Assembly: GCA_944384415.1 (NCBI GenBank) | Contig: CALWTF010000022.1 | Span: 20,116 to 84,115, forward strand | Direction of reading: 5' to 3' | Length of the DNA stretch: 64,000 bases | DNA from: an uncultured Clostridia bacterium | GTDB taxonomy: Bacteria > Bacillota > Clostridia > Christensenellales > UBA1242 | Made by a program: the position numbers and the translations under genes | Shown: in pieces, positions 39,965 through 50,451 of the stretch | Numbering within the stretch: the first letter of the stretch is position 1 | Layout of the letters: each line of letters begins with the position of its first letter | The notes under the pieces: generated by a model | The model's database searches: none | What the model was told of the DNA's origin: nothing | What the model saw: the letters and a program-made list of their open reading frames with translations, nothing else

Positions 39965-41404
39965 TTATATCTCCTTTGCGTGTTTTTCATAAAAATCGCC
40001 AAAATTAAATAAAGTTTCTTCTTTAAAATGTGGTGCAATCAATTGCATTCCCACAGGAAGCCCATTTGATACTTTACCGCAAGGTATAGAAATAGCAGGA
40101 AGTCCCGCAATATTTACAGGTACAGTATAAATATCATTCAAATACATAGCAAGATGGTCATCACATTTTTCACCCAACTTAAAAGCTACCGTAGCAGTTG
40201 TCGGGCAAATAATAACATCACATTTTTCAAATGCAGTTTCAAATTCTTGTCTTATAATTTTTTGAACCTTTTTTGCCTTTCTATAAAACGCGTCAAAATA
40301 ACCACTTGATAATACATAGTTACCAAGCATAATTCGGCGTTTAACTTCTTTACCAAAACCCTGTGTTCTAGATTTAAAATATAAATCAACTGTATCACTA
40401 AAATTTTTTGCACGAACACCATATTTTACACCATCAAATCTTGCAAGATTGCTAGCAGCCTCAGCAGATGAAATAATATAATAAACAGCTAATGCGGTGT
40501 CTAAACTTGGTAAATCAATATCTACAATCTCAGCACCATTATCTTCATAAAGTTTTATTGCTTTTTCAATATTAGCACGAACTTCATTGTTAAGAGCATC
40601 ACTAAAAAATTGTTTTGCAATTCCAATTTTTTTACCTTTTACACTTCCAGTTATTGATTTTTCATAATCTGGAACCAAAATTTTAGCACTAGTCATATCT
40701 TTTTTATCTTCACCAGCTAAAACATTTAACATAATTGCACTATCTCTAACTGTTCTTGTAAAACAACCCACTTGGTCCAATGAACTAGCAAATGCAACTA
40801 CTCCGAACCTAGAAACACGACCATATGTTGGTTTTAAACCAACAACCCCACAAAACGATGCAGGTTCCCTAATGGAACCACCAGTGTCTGTTCCCAAAGA
40901 AGCAAAACTTTGAAAACTAGCAACTGTTGCGGCACTTCCACCACTTGAACCACCTGGAACATAATCTTCGTTCACTGGATTTCGACACACACCAAATGCG
41001 CTATTTTCGGTTGAACTCCCCATTGCAAATTCATCCATATTTGCTTTACCAATTATTACTGCACCTGCATCAATTAATTTTTGAGCGCAAGTAGCATTAA
41101 ACGGTGAAATCCAGTTTTCTAAAAACTTACTTGCACAAGTAGTTTTTGTTCCAACAAGATTTATGTTATCTTTTATAACAACAGGAATACCTGCTAAAGG
41201 TCCTAATTTTTCACCTTTTTTGCGTGCTTGGTCACATTTTTTAGCAGCATCAATAGCTTGTTCTTCACAAGTAGAAATAATTGCATTTAAATTTTGAGTG
41301 CTATTAATTCTATCCAAACACAATTTTGTTAATTCAACACTAGAAATTTCATTATTTTCTAGCATTTGTCTAATTTCATATAAACTACATTTCAAATAAT
41401 CCAT
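39965..41404 (-). CDS. gatA: Asp/Glu-tRNA(Asn/Gln) amidotransferase subunit A
   Basis: Amidase signature GGSSGGSAA...GTDTGGSIREPA. Start moved to the ATG at 41404 (AAGGTGG SD right after the gatC stop). Confidence 0.95.
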   Translation of the reverse strand: MDYLKCSLYEIRQMLENNEISSVELTKLCLDRINSTQNLNAIISTCEEQAIDAAKKCDQARKKGEKLGPLAGIPVVIKDNINLVGTKTTCASKFLENWISPFNATCAQKLIDAGAVIIGKANMDEFAMGSSTENSAFGVCRNPVNEDYVPGGSSGGSAATVASFQSFASLGTDTGGSIREPASFCGVVGLKPTYGRVSRFGVVAFASSLDQVGCFTRTVRDSAIMLNVLAGEDKKDMTSAKILVPDYEKSITGSVKGKKIGIAKQFFSDALNNEVRANIEKAIKLYEDNGAEIVDIDLPSLDTALAVYYIISSAEAASNLARFDGVKYGVRAKNFSDTVDLYFKSRTQGFGKEVKRRIMLGNYVLSSGYFDAFYRKAKKVQKIIRQEFETAFEKCDVIICPTTATVAFKLGEKCDDHLAMYLNDIYTVPVNIAGLPAISIPCGKVSNGLPVGMQLIAPHFKEETLFNFGDFYEKHAKEI

Positions 41405-41414
41405 AAAAACCACC

Positions 41415-41705
41415 TTATTCAACAGTTATTGGCACAACAAAAGCCCCATCTTTTTGTTCAGGTGCATTCGCTAATATTTCTTTTTGTGTAAAACTTGGTT
41501 CAACAATATCACTGCGCAATTCAATATCTGATTTTAATGTGTTTTCAATTAAAGATACTTTTGAAACATCAACCTTTTCAATTGTAGCTACTTGTTCTAA
41601 AGTTTTATCAAACTCTGCTACAAAATTTTTTAATTCATCTTCCGAAAATTCTAAACGAGATAATTTTGCTAATTTTCGGGCTTCCTCAATATTTATTTTC
41701 GCCAT
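41415..41705 (-). CDS. gatC: Asp/Glu-tRNA(Asn/Gln) amidotransferase subunit C
   Basis: 96 aa; LAKLSRLEFSEDELKNF...L pattern; first gene of gatCAB. Confidence 0.9.
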   Translation of the reverse strand: MAKINIEEARKLAKLSRLEFSEDELKNFVAEFDKTLEQVATIEKVDVSKVSLIENTLKSDIELRSDIVEPSFTQKEILANAPEQKDGAFVVPITVE

Positions 41706-41757
41706 TATAACTCCTTAAAAAAATACATATTTATGATAACACATACCCCTAAATGTG

Positions 41758-43722
41758 TCAATCATTTAACATTGACAAAAATTCAGCTTCATTTAATATT
41801 TTTATATTTAAATTTAGTGCTTTTTGATATTTTGAACCAGGTTCTTCACCCACCAAAACAAAATCTGTCATTTTTGAAACAGTTGATGAAACGGTGCCAC
41901 CATTATCTTCAATTATTTTTGTTGCTTCGTTTCTTGATAATGTTGGTAATGTACCAGTTAAAACAAAAACTTTATCAGCAAATACTCCATTATCTTGTTT
42001 ATTCTTATCTTTATAAATAATGTTTACACCATATTCAAATAATTTGTTATATATATTTTTATAATAATCATTTGAAAAATAATCAACTATGCTTTGAGCA
42101 ACAATTTCTCCAATATCTTCAATAATAACAAGTTGCTCTATTGTAGCACATTTCAAGTTTTCAAAATTTTTAAAATTTTTAGCTAAATCTTTTGCGGTTT
42201 TTATTCCAACATTTCCTATACCTAAAGCATAAATAAAGCGTTCAAATTCAATATTTTTGCTTTTTTCAATTGAATTAATTATATTTTTGGATTTTTTATC
42301 CTTAAATTTTTCTAATTCTTTTAATTGTTCTTTTGTTAAATTATACAGTTGGTCAACAGTTCTTAATTTCAATTTATCAAAAAATAAATCAACAGTCTTA
42401 TCACGAATACCTTCAATATTCATTGCATTTCTAGAACAAAAATGAATTATTCTTTCTTTAAGTTGAGCAGCACAGCCAGTTTCATTAGTACAAAACAAAT
42501 GTACTCCTCTATTTTCTAATTTCGTTCCACAACAAGGACAGTATTCAGGTTTTATAATTTCTTTTGAGTTTTCAAATTCTTGTGCTAAACCTAAAATTTC
42601 TGGTATAACTTCATTGCTTCTTCTTAAAAATACTAAGCTATTTATTTTAACCTGTTTTCTAATTATATCGTCCCAATTGTTTAATGTAGCACGCTTTACC
42701 GTAGCACCAGCTATTTCAACTGGTTCTAGAATTGCTAATGGAGTAAGTTTGCCAGTTCTGCCAACCTGCCAAATAACATTTTTAACAACACTGGTAACTT
42801 CCAATGCCTCAAACTTATAAGCAAGTGCCCATTTGGGAAATCTTATTGTCCAACCTAATTGATTTCTTATATTTATATCATTAACTTTTATAACTAAACC
42901 ATCAATTAATATATCAAGATTTTCCCTTTCATTATCAACTTTTTTTATTGTATCAGATATTATATTAAAATTATTTGTACTAACAAAAAAATCTGAAACT
43001 AAAAACTTATTATCAATTAAAAATTGTCTTAATTCAACTTGAGTTTTAAAATTAAAATCTTCAATATAAGGAATTCCATAAGCGAAAAAATCTAAGTTTC
43101 TACTTGCTGTAATCTTAGGGTCCAAGTTTCTAATTGAACCAGCAACAGCATTTCTAGCATTTTTTAATAAAACATCGTGTGATTGTTCATTAAATTTGTT
43201 TAGTTCACTTAAAAGCATAATTCCTTCACCTTCAACAATAATCCTTTTTTTAAAAGGAATTGAAAGCGGAACAGTTCTTATAGTTTTCACTTGTGCTGTA
43301 ACATCTTCACCAATATAACCATTACCTCTTGTAGAAGCATTAACCAACAAACCGTTTTCATAAATTAACGCCAAACGCAATCCATCAAATTTATATTCAA
43401 CAGTAAATGTTTGATTAGGGTATTCATCAATTATTTTTTCATACCATTCTTTTAACTCAGGAATACTTTGTGCTTTATCAAGACTTAATAAAGGTACCTC
43501 GTGATTATGTTTTTGAAATTTATTAGAAACCATATCACCTACTCGTTGAGTTGGAGAATTTGGTAATATATATCCAGTTTTCTTTTCTAACTCTAATAAT
43601 TTATAGTAAGCTATATCATAATCTTTATCTGAAACTATAGGTTTATCTAAAACATGGTAATGATAACTATAAAGATTAACTTTTTCAACCAAATCTTCTA
43701 TTTGTTTTTTTAAATTTTCCAT
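41758..43722 (-). CDS. ligA: NAD-dependent DNA ligase LigA
   Basis: Adenylation motif EYKFDGL, Zn finger CPCCGTKL...LFC, HhH repeats, C-terminal BRCT (VFVLTGTL). Confidence 0.97.
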   Translation of the reverse strand: MENLKKQIEDLVEKVNLYSYHYHVLDKPIVSDKDYDIAYYKLLELEKKTGYILPNSPTQRVGDMVSNKFQKHNHEVPLLSLDKAQSIPELKEWYEKIIDEYPNQTFTVEYKFDGLRLALIYENGLLVNASTRGNGYIGEDVTAQVKTIRTVPLSIPFKKRIIVEGEGIMLLSELNKFNEQSHDVLLKNARNAVAGSIRNLDPKITASRNLDFFAYGIPYIEDFNFKTQVELRQFLIDNKFLVSDFFVSTNNFNIISDTIKKVDNERENLDILIDGLVIKVNDINIRNQLGWTIRFPKWALAYKFEALEVTSVVKNVIWQVGRTGKLTPLAILEPVEIAGATVKRATLNNWDDIIRKQVKINSLVFLRRSNEVIPEILGLAQEFENSKEIIKPEYCPCCGTKLENRGVHLFCTNETGCAAQLKERIIHFCSRNAMNIEGIRDKTVDLFFDKLKLRTVDQLYNLTKEQLKELEKFKDKKSKNIINSIEKSKNIEFERFIYALGIGNVGIKTAKDLAKNFKNFENLKCATIEQLVIIEDIGEIVAQSIVDYFSNDYYKNIYNKLFEYGVNIIYKDKNKQDNGVFADKVFVLTGTLPTLSRNEATKIIEDNGGTVSSTVSKMTDFVLVGEEPGSKYQKALNLNIKILNEAEFLSMLND

Positions 43723-43730
43723 TTAACTAC

Positions 43731-45932
43731 CTACTTGTTCTTTAAAATTTGAAGTGGAGCATAATCCAAAGATAGTGTTTTTGCCCCCAAAATTTCAAAT
43801 GTAACCGTAACCATTCTGCTAGTTAATTTACTATCATCTGTTACAGTTCCTACACCAAAACTTGGATGTAAAACTTTTGTTCCATTAACAAAAAGTGAAA
43901 CATCTTTTTTTTGCTGAGCTACTTTAGTTTGCCACAAAGATGGCATATTTTTCATTGCTTGTTGCTTATGCTCTTGAGCAACATTACTAATATTTAATTT
44001 ATTATATATAAATGAATTTGAACTATTTTTAATATTTTCGCTAACTAGTTCCATTTCATCTATAAATCTACTTTTATCAAAATATTTTTCGTTATTATAC
44101 AACATTCTTCTTGTACTATATGTTAGAAACAATGTTTCTTTTGCTCTTGTGATAGCAACATACATCAATCTTCTTTCTTCTTCTATATCACTTGGTCTTT
44201 CACCTGTTTTTACCATAGGGAAAATTCCATCTTCAAGTGCAGCAATAAAAACAACCTTAAATTCAAGACCTTTAACAGCATGAACTGTACTAATCAAAAC
44301 ATTATTATCATCAGATGTAACAGTATCAATATCACTCAATAAAGTTATTGATTGTAAATAATCATCTAACACAGCATTAGGGTTTTCCGTAACATATTCA
44401 CTAACACTGTTTATATATTCTTGAACATTTGCTTTACGAACAATATCATCTTCATTATTTGTATCATAACAGTTTGCTAAATTTGCTTCATCTATAAGAA
44501 ATTTAACAAATTCATCTATTCTATTATTCTTCTTTGAACTAATTCTATTGTACAAATTTGCAAACTCTTCAATTTTTAATTTAACAGAAGTACTAAAATC
44601 TGAAAAACTTTGAATATTTAAAATCACATCAATTATAGGTTTATCACCTGCTAACTGAACTATTTTAGATAAAGTAGTTTCTCCTATGCCTCGTTTCGGG
44701 AAATTGATTATCCTACTAAAACTTTCATTATCGCAAGGATTTGCAATTGCTCGTAGGTATGCTAAAACCATTTTTATTTCACTTCGTTCAAAAAATTTAA
44801 ACCCACCTAAAACTTTATATGGTATTGCTGCGTTGTTTAAATAACTTTCTATAAGCCTGGAAGGCGCATTAAATCTAAGTAATATTGCAAAATCATTGTA
44901 AGAATAACCTTTTTCTCGAACTGCGTTGGCAATAGTTTTAACAATATACTCAGCCTCCATTCTATCAGTGGGAGCATTATATAAAACAACATCTGTTCCT
45001 TGTTCATTATTTGTCCAAAGAGTTTTGTCCAACCTTTGTTTATTATATTTGATAACTTTATTAGCAACATTTAAAATTGATTTTGTGCTTCTATAATTTT
45101 GTTCTAATTTATAAACCTTAACTAAAGGAAAATCTTTTTTAAAGTTGATAATGTTTTCAATATTCGCTCCACGCCAACCATATATACACTGGTCTTCATC
45201 GCCAACTACCATAATATTTCCCCATTTACGACTTAACAAACTTACAATTTCATATTGAACCTTATTTGTATCTTGAAATTCATCAACATGTATATATTTA
45301 AATTTGGTTTGATAATAATTTAAAACTTCTTTATCTGTCTTTAATAATAACAATGTTTTTACAAGTAAATCATCAAAATCAAGTGCATTATTTTTTTTTA
45401 ATTCAAACTCATAACTTTCAAACACTTTTATAAAATCGCTTTCACAAAACAGAAAAGGATTTTCATTTACATAATTATTTACATTTAAGTTATTATTTTT
45501 TGCATTTCCTATATGATATTCTATACTTTTTTGTATAGATTCATTTTCAATGTTATATTTTTTATATAATTCTTTTAATATATGCTTTTTCTCTGCATCA
45601 CTATAAATACTAAAATTTTTTGAATAACCAATTTTATCTATATTACTACGCAAAATTTTTACACACAATGAGTGAAAAGTAGAAATCCAAACATCATTGA
45701 ATGCTCCAACAATTTTATCTACACGCTGTTTCATTTCATTTGCTGCTTTGTTGGTGAAAGTTATAGCTAAAATATTACTTGCAGGAACTTGTTTTTCTAA
45801 AATTAAATAAGCTATACGATGTGTTAATAATCTTGTTTTTCCACTACCTGCCCCCGCAGTTACTAGAACAGCTCCATCATAATTTATTACTGGTAAAATT
45901 TGCTCTTCGTTCAAATTACTTAAAATATCCAC
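43731..45932 (-). CDS. pcrA: ATP-dependent DNA helicase PcrA (UvrD family)
   Basis: Walker A AGAGSGKT, VDEFQDTN, GDEDQCIYGWRGA, YRS, VHAVKGLEF, MYVAITRAK motifs; pcrA-ligA-gatCAB synteny. Confidence 0.95.
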   Translation of the reverse strand: MDILSNLNEEQILPVINYDGAVLVTAGAGSGKTRLLTHRIAYLILEKQVPASNILAITFTNKAANEMKQRVDKIVGAFNDVWISTFHSLCVKILRSNIDKIGYSKNFSIYSDAEKKHILKELYKKYNIENESIQKSIEYHIGNAKNNNLNVNNYVNENPFLFCESDFIKVFESYEFELKKNNALDFDDLLVKTLLLLKTDKEVLNYYQTKFKYIHVDEFQDTNKVQYEIVSLLSRKWGNIMVVGDEDQCIYGWRGANIENIINFKKDFPLVKVYKLEQNYRSTKSILNVANKVIKYNKQRLDKTLWTNNEQGTDVVLYNAPTDRMEAEYIVKTIANAVREKGYSYNDFAILLRFNAPSRLIESYLNNAAIPYKVLGGFKFFERSEIKMVLAYLRAIANPCDNESFSRIINFPKRGIGETTLSKIVQLAGDKPIIDVILNIQSFSDFSTSVKLKIEEFANLYNRISSKKNNRIDEFVKFLIDEANLANCYDTNNEDDIVRKANVQEYINSVSEYVTENPNAVLDDYLQSITLLSDIDTVTSDDNNVLISTVHAVKGLEFKVVFIAALEDGIFPMVKTGERPSDIEEERRLMYVAITRAKETLFLTYSTRRMLYNNEKYFDKSRFIDEMELVSENIKNSSNSFIYNKLNISNVAQEHKQQAMKNMPSLWQTKVAQQKKDVSLFVNGTKVLHPSFGVGTVTDDSKLTSRMVTVTFEILGAKTLSLDYAPLQILKNK

Positions 45933-46005
45933 TTAGCACCTTCTTTTGTTTTAAAAATTATAACAAAATTTAAAATTATTAGCAATCAACTTTTATAATA
46001 AAATA

Positions 46006-46035
46006 AATTAAACAGGTTTTTGTACCTGTTTAATT
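46006..46035 (-). terminator. terminator after the 140-aa hypothetical gene
   Basis: 12-bp perfect stem (plus AATTAAACAGGT / ACCTGTTTAATT), 6-nt loop; overlaps the stop codon; T-rich tail on the minus strand. Confidence 0.6.
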
Positions 46036-46452
46036 TACTGCTATTTTGTTGCGAACTTCATTATTATATCGTTCTTTTAAAGTATTATATTTATCAGTTA
46101 ATTTACTAATATAAATTTGTTTTGCGTGTAAATCCAATTCATCATAAACTGAATGGTCAATTAATTGAGCAATAGGATTTAAAACAAATTCATTTTGAGA
46201 AAGTAATTTACACACTTTAGCATAAAGTTTTTCGTCAGGGTCTTTTTCATTTATTTTCTGTATTTCTCTTTCAATTTTCCTTTTATAAATTTCATTTAAT
46301 GAAGAAATATTACAATTTTTATTTTTTATAGATTCTTCTTCAATAAATAATTTTCTTTCTTTTTGAACTTGTTGCCAATATCCACTAACCAAACGCTTTT
46401 TTGCCTGTTTTGCTAATAATTTATGTGTAGGTAACTTTTCATTATTTAGCAT
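46030..46452 (-). CDS. hypothetical protein (140 aa, charged/helical, no family recognised)
   Basis: AAGGAGAG SD before the ATG, own terminator, extended -10 promoter candidate (TGcTATAAT) upstream; no motif I can name. Confidence 0.5.
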   Translation of the reverse strand: MLNNEKLPTHKLLAKQAKKRLVSGYWQQVQKERKLFIEEESIKNKNCNISSLNEIYKRKIEREIQKINEKDPDEKLYAKVCKLLSQNEFVLNPIAQLIDHSVYDELDLHAKQIYISKLTDKYNTLKERYNNEVRNKIAVN

Positions 46453-46577
46453 ACTTCACTCTCCTTTTATATAACAATAATAAAATATTTTTTGTGAATA
46501 AAAAAGTGAATTATAGCAAAATTTTTAGTTTCGACAAAACTTGTCAATTTTCGATAACAAAAAAAAGATGAAAACTA

Positions 46578-46946
46578 TTATTCATCTTTCTTTTCTTTAT
46601 TTGAAGCGAGATCCTCTTTAACTTTCGCTTGTTTACCAGATAATTTACGAATGTAGTAAAGTTTTGCACGACGAACTTTACCCCTACGAACTACCTCAAT
46701 ATGGTCAATTCGTGGAGAATGTACTGGGAAAGTTCTTTCAACACCTACACCAAAACTTATACGACGAACTGTAAAAGTTTCGCGAATGCTTCCATTCTTT
46801 CTAGAAATTACTACACCTTCATAAGCTTGAAGTCTTTCTTTATCACCTTCAACAACTTTAACATAAACACGAACAGTGTCTCCAATATTAAAGTCACCAG
46901 CTTTTTCTTTCAAGCCCTCTTTTTCTAATGTTGCAATAATGTTCAT
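46578..46946 (-). CDS. rplS: 50S ribosomal protein L19
   Basis: [33 protein letters not shown]...[22 protein letters not shown] is the L19 core. Start at the ATG 46946 ([10 protein letters not shown]) fits orthologue N-termini better than the track start. Confidence 0.95.
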   Translation of the reverse strand: MNIIATLEKEGLKEKAGDFNIGDTVRVYVKVVEGDKERLQAYEGVVISRKNGSIRETFTVRRISFGVGVERTFPVHSPRIDHIEVVRRGKVRRAKLYYIRKLSGKQAKVKEDLASNKEKKDE

Positions 46947-47045
46947 CTGACTAAATACCTCCATAAAGATTGTTCCAGAATGTTCATACGAGACCTTATT
47001 ACAAAAACTATGTAATTATTTGCCGTAGAGGACCACCCGAGTCAT
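46947..47045 (-). promoter_or_regulatory. ~100-nt rplS 5' leader (possible L19 autoregulatory leader)
   Basis: Long untranslated leader between a good promoter and rplS. It contains an unusually GC-rich segment (GACTCGGGTGGTCCTCTACGGC) for this genome. L19 leaders are known upstream of rplS in Firmicutes; the structure was not verified. Confidence 0.3.
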
Positions 47046-47051
47046 AGCATT

Positions 47052-47080
47052 ATAATATCATAATTTTATATTTAATGCAA
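47052..47080 (-). promoter_or_regulatory. sigma-70 promoter (extended -10) for rplS
   Basis: Minus strand: TTGCAT, 17-nt spacer ending TGa, TATTAT. Confidence 0.55.
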
Positions 47081-47115
47081 GACTTTTTTATATATTTTTT
47101 TATTTTTTAAAAGTT

Positions 47116-47454
47116 TTACCACGCGTTAATTATGTGATTTATTTCTTTATCTAAAACCTCAATAACATCAAATCTACACGGAATATCAAAAAGTCCAAAT
47201 TTTCTTTGATATTGCTGTGCTACTTGCATAATTTTAATTTTTTTATAATTATTTACCATTTCACACGGTCTACCAAATTTTTCGTTAGATTTTGCTTTAA
47301 CTTCAACAAATACAATGGTTTTTTTATCTTTGGCAACTATATCTAATTCACCTAAATTTGTTTTATAATTTGTATGTAATATTTTATAGCCTTTTTTCCT
47401 TAAAAAATTTTTGGCTAACAATTCACCTTCTTTCCAAACTTTTATATTATTCAT
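47116..47454 (-). CDS. yraN: YraN family endonuclease-like protein (UPF0102)
   Basis: GEELAKNFLRKKGYKIL..NY....GELDIVAKD...IVFVEVK pattern (PD-(D/E)xK core); follows rnhB as in many bacteria. Confidence 0.85.
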   Translation of the reverse strand: MNNIKVWKEGELLAKNFLRKKGYKILHTNYKTNLGELDIVAKDKKTIVFVEVKAKSNEKFGRPCEMVNNYKKIKIMQVAQQYQRKFGLFDIPCRFDVIEVLDKEINHIINAW

Positions 47455-47463
47455 ATGAAAAAC

Positions 47464-48054
47464 CTACACAAAATGTTTAATAAAACTTTCTCGATGAATG
47501 TCACATTTCCCAAATTTTTTTAAATTTTCAATATGTTCTTTGGTCCCGTATCCTTTATGTTTGGCAAAATTAAATTGTGGATACTTTTTATCAATTTCTT
47601 TCATAAAACGGTCTCGACTAACTTTTGCCAATATTGAAGCACAAGCAATATTATATGATAATGCATCACCGTGAATTATTGAAACAGTTTTAATATCAGT
47701 ATTCAAATTTTTTACTGCATCAATTAATATTATTTCAGGTTTTATTTTTAAACCTAATATACACATCTCCATTCCCTTTTTTGTGGCATTTAAAATATTA
47801 ATTTCATCAATCGTTTTTTCATCAATAAAACATATTTTATAATCTATTGCTTTTTTTATAATTTCTTCAAATAACTTCTCTCGTTTTTTTTCTGTTAATT
47901 TTTTACTATCATTTATTCCATCAATTATATCTTCTTCGTTTAAAGGCATAATAACACACGCACAACAAACAGGCCCAGCTAATGGTCCTCGTCCAGCCTC
48001 ATCAATACCAGCTATAAGTTTATAATTTTGAAAATTTTTTTCATAGTTTAACAT
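47464..48054 (-). CDS. rnhB: ribonuclease HII
   Basis: AGIDEAGRGPLAGPV, DSKKLT, and ASILAKVSRD blocks. Confidence 0.95.
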   Translation of the reverse strand: MLNYEKNFQNYKLIAGIDEAGRGPLAGPVCCACVIMPLNEEDIIDGINDSKKLTEKKREKLFEEIIKKAIDYKICFIDEKTIDEINILNATKKGMEMCILGLKIKPEIILIDAVKNLNTDIKTVSIIHGDALSYNIACASILAKVSRDRFMKEIDKKYPQFNFAKHKGYGTKEHIENLKKFGKCDIHRESFIKHFV

Positions 48055-48058
48055 TTAA

Positions 48059-48940
48059 TTATTTCCCTTTGTTTATCATTTGAAAGTTATCCAGTGTTAT
48101 CTTTCCTAATCTACCTTTTCTAAAATCATCTATAACAGCTCGAGAGCCTCTTTCCCAGTCAATTTCTTCACCTTTCAAAACAAACTTTCTTTTATTACAA
48201 ATTTTTTCTAAAACATCTACAGGCATACAATCATTGTCAATTATAATATCATAGCGTTTTTCAATTAAATTTTTATTTTCTTTCATTTGTTTTTTTAAAA
48301 ATTCTACACATAAATCTCCTGCATCATAAACATCATCACTAATACTACCAATAAACGCTAAATTTCTAGCAATTTCTTGATTTTCAAAAGATGGCCACAA
48401 AGTTCCAGGAGTATCTAATAATTCAATCATTCCCCCTATTTTTACCCATTGCTTACCTCGAGTTACACCAGGTTTGTTTCCTGTTATTGTTTTAGCTTTT
48501 CCGCATAAATTGTTTATTAAAGTGCTTTTACCACAATTTGGCACCCCAATAACCATAGCTCGTAAAGGCATTTTAATTCCTTTACTTTCATATTTTTCAA
48601 TTTTATTTTTAAGCAGTAACTTCATCTTTTCTTGCACAATTTTTGCAGAATTGGTTTGTGTGCTATCTAAAGTTATACAAACTGAATTTTTACCAGTAAA
48701 AAAATCAATCCATTTTTTGCTTTCAGTATCATTAGCTAAATCAATTTTATTTAAAACATAAATAATTGGTTTATTAGTAATAATATTAGTAAATTCAGGG
48801 TTTACACAAGAAAAAGGAGCACGCGCATCTAAAACATAAATAATTAAATCAACAACAGAAACTTCTTTTTCCATAGTTCTTAAAGCTTTTGTCATATGAC
48901 CCGGAAACCAATTAATAGTATTTTTATTATTTTCCACCAC
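48059..48940 (-). CDS. rbgA: ribosome biogenesis GTPase A (YlqF/RbgA)
   Basis: NWFPGHMTKA, circularly permuted GTPase order (NKIDL before GVPNCGKST), DTPG. Confidence 0.9.
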   Translation of the reverse strand: MVENNKNTINWFPGHMTKALRTMEKEVSVVDLIIYVLDARAPFSCVNPEFTNIITNKPIIYVLNKIDLANDTESKKWIDFFTGKNSVCITLDSTQTNSAKIVQEKMKLLLKNKIEKYESKGIKMPLRAMVIGVPNCGKSTLINNLCGKAKTITGNKPGVTRGKQWVKIGGMIELLDTPGTLWPSFENQEIARNLAFIGSISDDVYDAGDLCVEFLKKQMKENKNLIEKRYDIIIDNDCMPVDVLEKICNKRKFVLKGEEIDWERGSRAVIDDFRKGRLGKITLDNFQMINKGK

Positions 48941-48976
48941 AAACTCCTTTTGTTTAAACTTATTTATATAATTTAA

Positions 48977-49654
48977 TTATTCTGCTTTATTTTCCAACAA
49001 ATCAGGTCTTCTTTTTTTTGTTAATTTAAAACTTTCTTCTTTACGCCACTTTTCAATTTCCTGATGATTTCCAGATAATAACACATCGGGAACTTTTAAT
49101 CCCCTAAATTCTTGAGGACGCGTATATTGAGGAAACTCCAATAAATTATTAGAAAAAGTTTCGTTGATTACAGAATTTTCATTACCTAGAACTTTAGGAA
49201 TATATCTAGCAACAGCATCAACTAATATCATAGCTGGAAGTTCACCACCTGTCAGAACATAATCTCCTATACTTATCTCTTCATTAACAAATGTATCAAT
49301 AACTCTTTGGTCAATACCTTCATAATGCCCACAAATTATTATTAAATGTTCAATTTTAGACATTTCTTTAACCTTAGATTGATTAAGTAATGAGCCTTTT
49401 GGAGACATATAAACAACATAAGAATTTTTTTGAATAACACTTTCAATAGCATCAAAAAGAGGTTGAGGTGTCATTAAAAGTCCATCTCCTCCACCAAATG
49501 TATAGTCATCACATTTTTTATGCTTATCTTTTGAAAAATCTCTTATGTCAGTTATTTTTATTTTTAAAATACCTGATTCTACAGCTCTTCCAATTATACT
49601 TTCTTTTAATGCAGAAAAACTTTCTGGAAATAAAGTTAAAATATCAATTTTCAC
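48977..49654 (-). CDS. trmD: tRNA (guanine37-N1)-methyltransferase
   Basis: IDILTLFPE, DDYTFGGGDGLLM, CGHYEGIDQRV, SIGDYVLTGGELPAM: TrmD SPOUT-knot motifs. Confidence 0.95.
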   Translation of the reverse strand: MKIDILTLFPESFSALKESIIGRAVESGILKIKITDIRDFSKDKHKKCDDYTFGGGDGLLMTPQPLFDAIESVIQKNSYVVYMSPKGSLLNQSKVKEMSKIEHLIIICGHYEGIDQRVIDTFVNEEISIGDYVLTGGELPAMILVDAVARYIPKVLGNENSVINETFSNNLLEFPQYTRPQEFRGLKVPDVLLSGNHQEIEKWRKEESFKLTKKRRPDLLENKAE

Positions 49655-50141
49655 TTTCAGTTAGCTCCTTGAATCGTTTTAAATTTATTATAATTTTTTT
49701 ATCGTCTAAATTTACTTCTGAGAACAAATCATCAACATAAGGACATAAAATTTCTTCGCTACCATCACGCAAAACTAATATATCACTAGCTCCATAATTA
49801 TTAACATCAATAATTTTTGCAATTAAATTATTATTAACATCAAACAATTTACAACCAATTAAATCAACAATATAATACTGATTTTGTTTCAATTCAGGCA
49901 TTTCACTGCGTGCAATTTCCAATTGTTTATTTCGATAAAGTTCTGCTTCGTTTCTAGAGTTAATACCGTTTAACTTCATATAGGCAAACCCTTCGTGCAC
50001 ACGACAAGTTAAAACTTTGTAATTTACACTATCAATATTAACACTTTTAAAATTTTTCATATCATTTTCGTCAGAAATCAAAGGTAACACTTTTAGTTCA
50101 CCTTTAACACCTTGAGGTTTTAATATTTTTCCTATAATCAT
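49644..50141 (-). CDS. rimM: 16S rRNA processing protein RimM
   Basis: MIIGKILKPQGVKGELKV is the canonical RimM N-terminus. Start moved to the ATG at 50141 (AAAGGTG SD); the track's 31-aa extension overlaps the KH gene. Confidence 0.9.
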   Translation of the reverse strand: MIIGKILKPQGVKGELKVLPLISDENDMKNFKSVNIDSVNYKVLTCRVHEGFAYMKLNGINSRNEAELYRNKQLEIARSEMPELKQNQYYIVDLIGCKLFDVNNNLIAKIIDVNNYGASDILVLRDGSEEILCPYVDDLFSEVNLDDKKIIINLKRFKELTESEN

Positions 50142-50193
50142 AAATTTTACACCTTTTAAACACAAAAAGGAGGCATAATAATCCCCCCTGTTG

Positions 50194-50436
50194 CTAATCA
50201 AATTTAACAATATACTTTTTATCTGCAAAACCATTTTTACCAGCTAAAGAACGCACAATAGTTCTAATCGCCTGTGCATTTTTACCACCACGACCAACTA
50301 CACGCCCCATTTCATTAGGATCTACTGTAACATTAATTGTTACAGTGTCACCTTCTTCAACCAGTTCAACTTTTACAGCATCTTTATTGTCTACCAACTC
50401 TTTAACGATATATTCTACAAGTTTTAACATAGGCAA
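50194..50436 (-). CDS. KH domain RNA-binding protein (YlqC-like)
   Basis: 80 aa; GRVVGRGGKNAQAIRTIV is the KH GxxG core; sits between rpsP and rimM. Confidence 0.85.
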   Translation of the reverse strand: MPMLKLVEYIVKELVDNKDAVKVELVEEGDTVTINVTVDPNEMGRVVGRGGKNAQAIRTIVRSLAGKNGFADKKYIVKFD

Positions 50437-50451
50437 TCTCCTTTTAAAACT

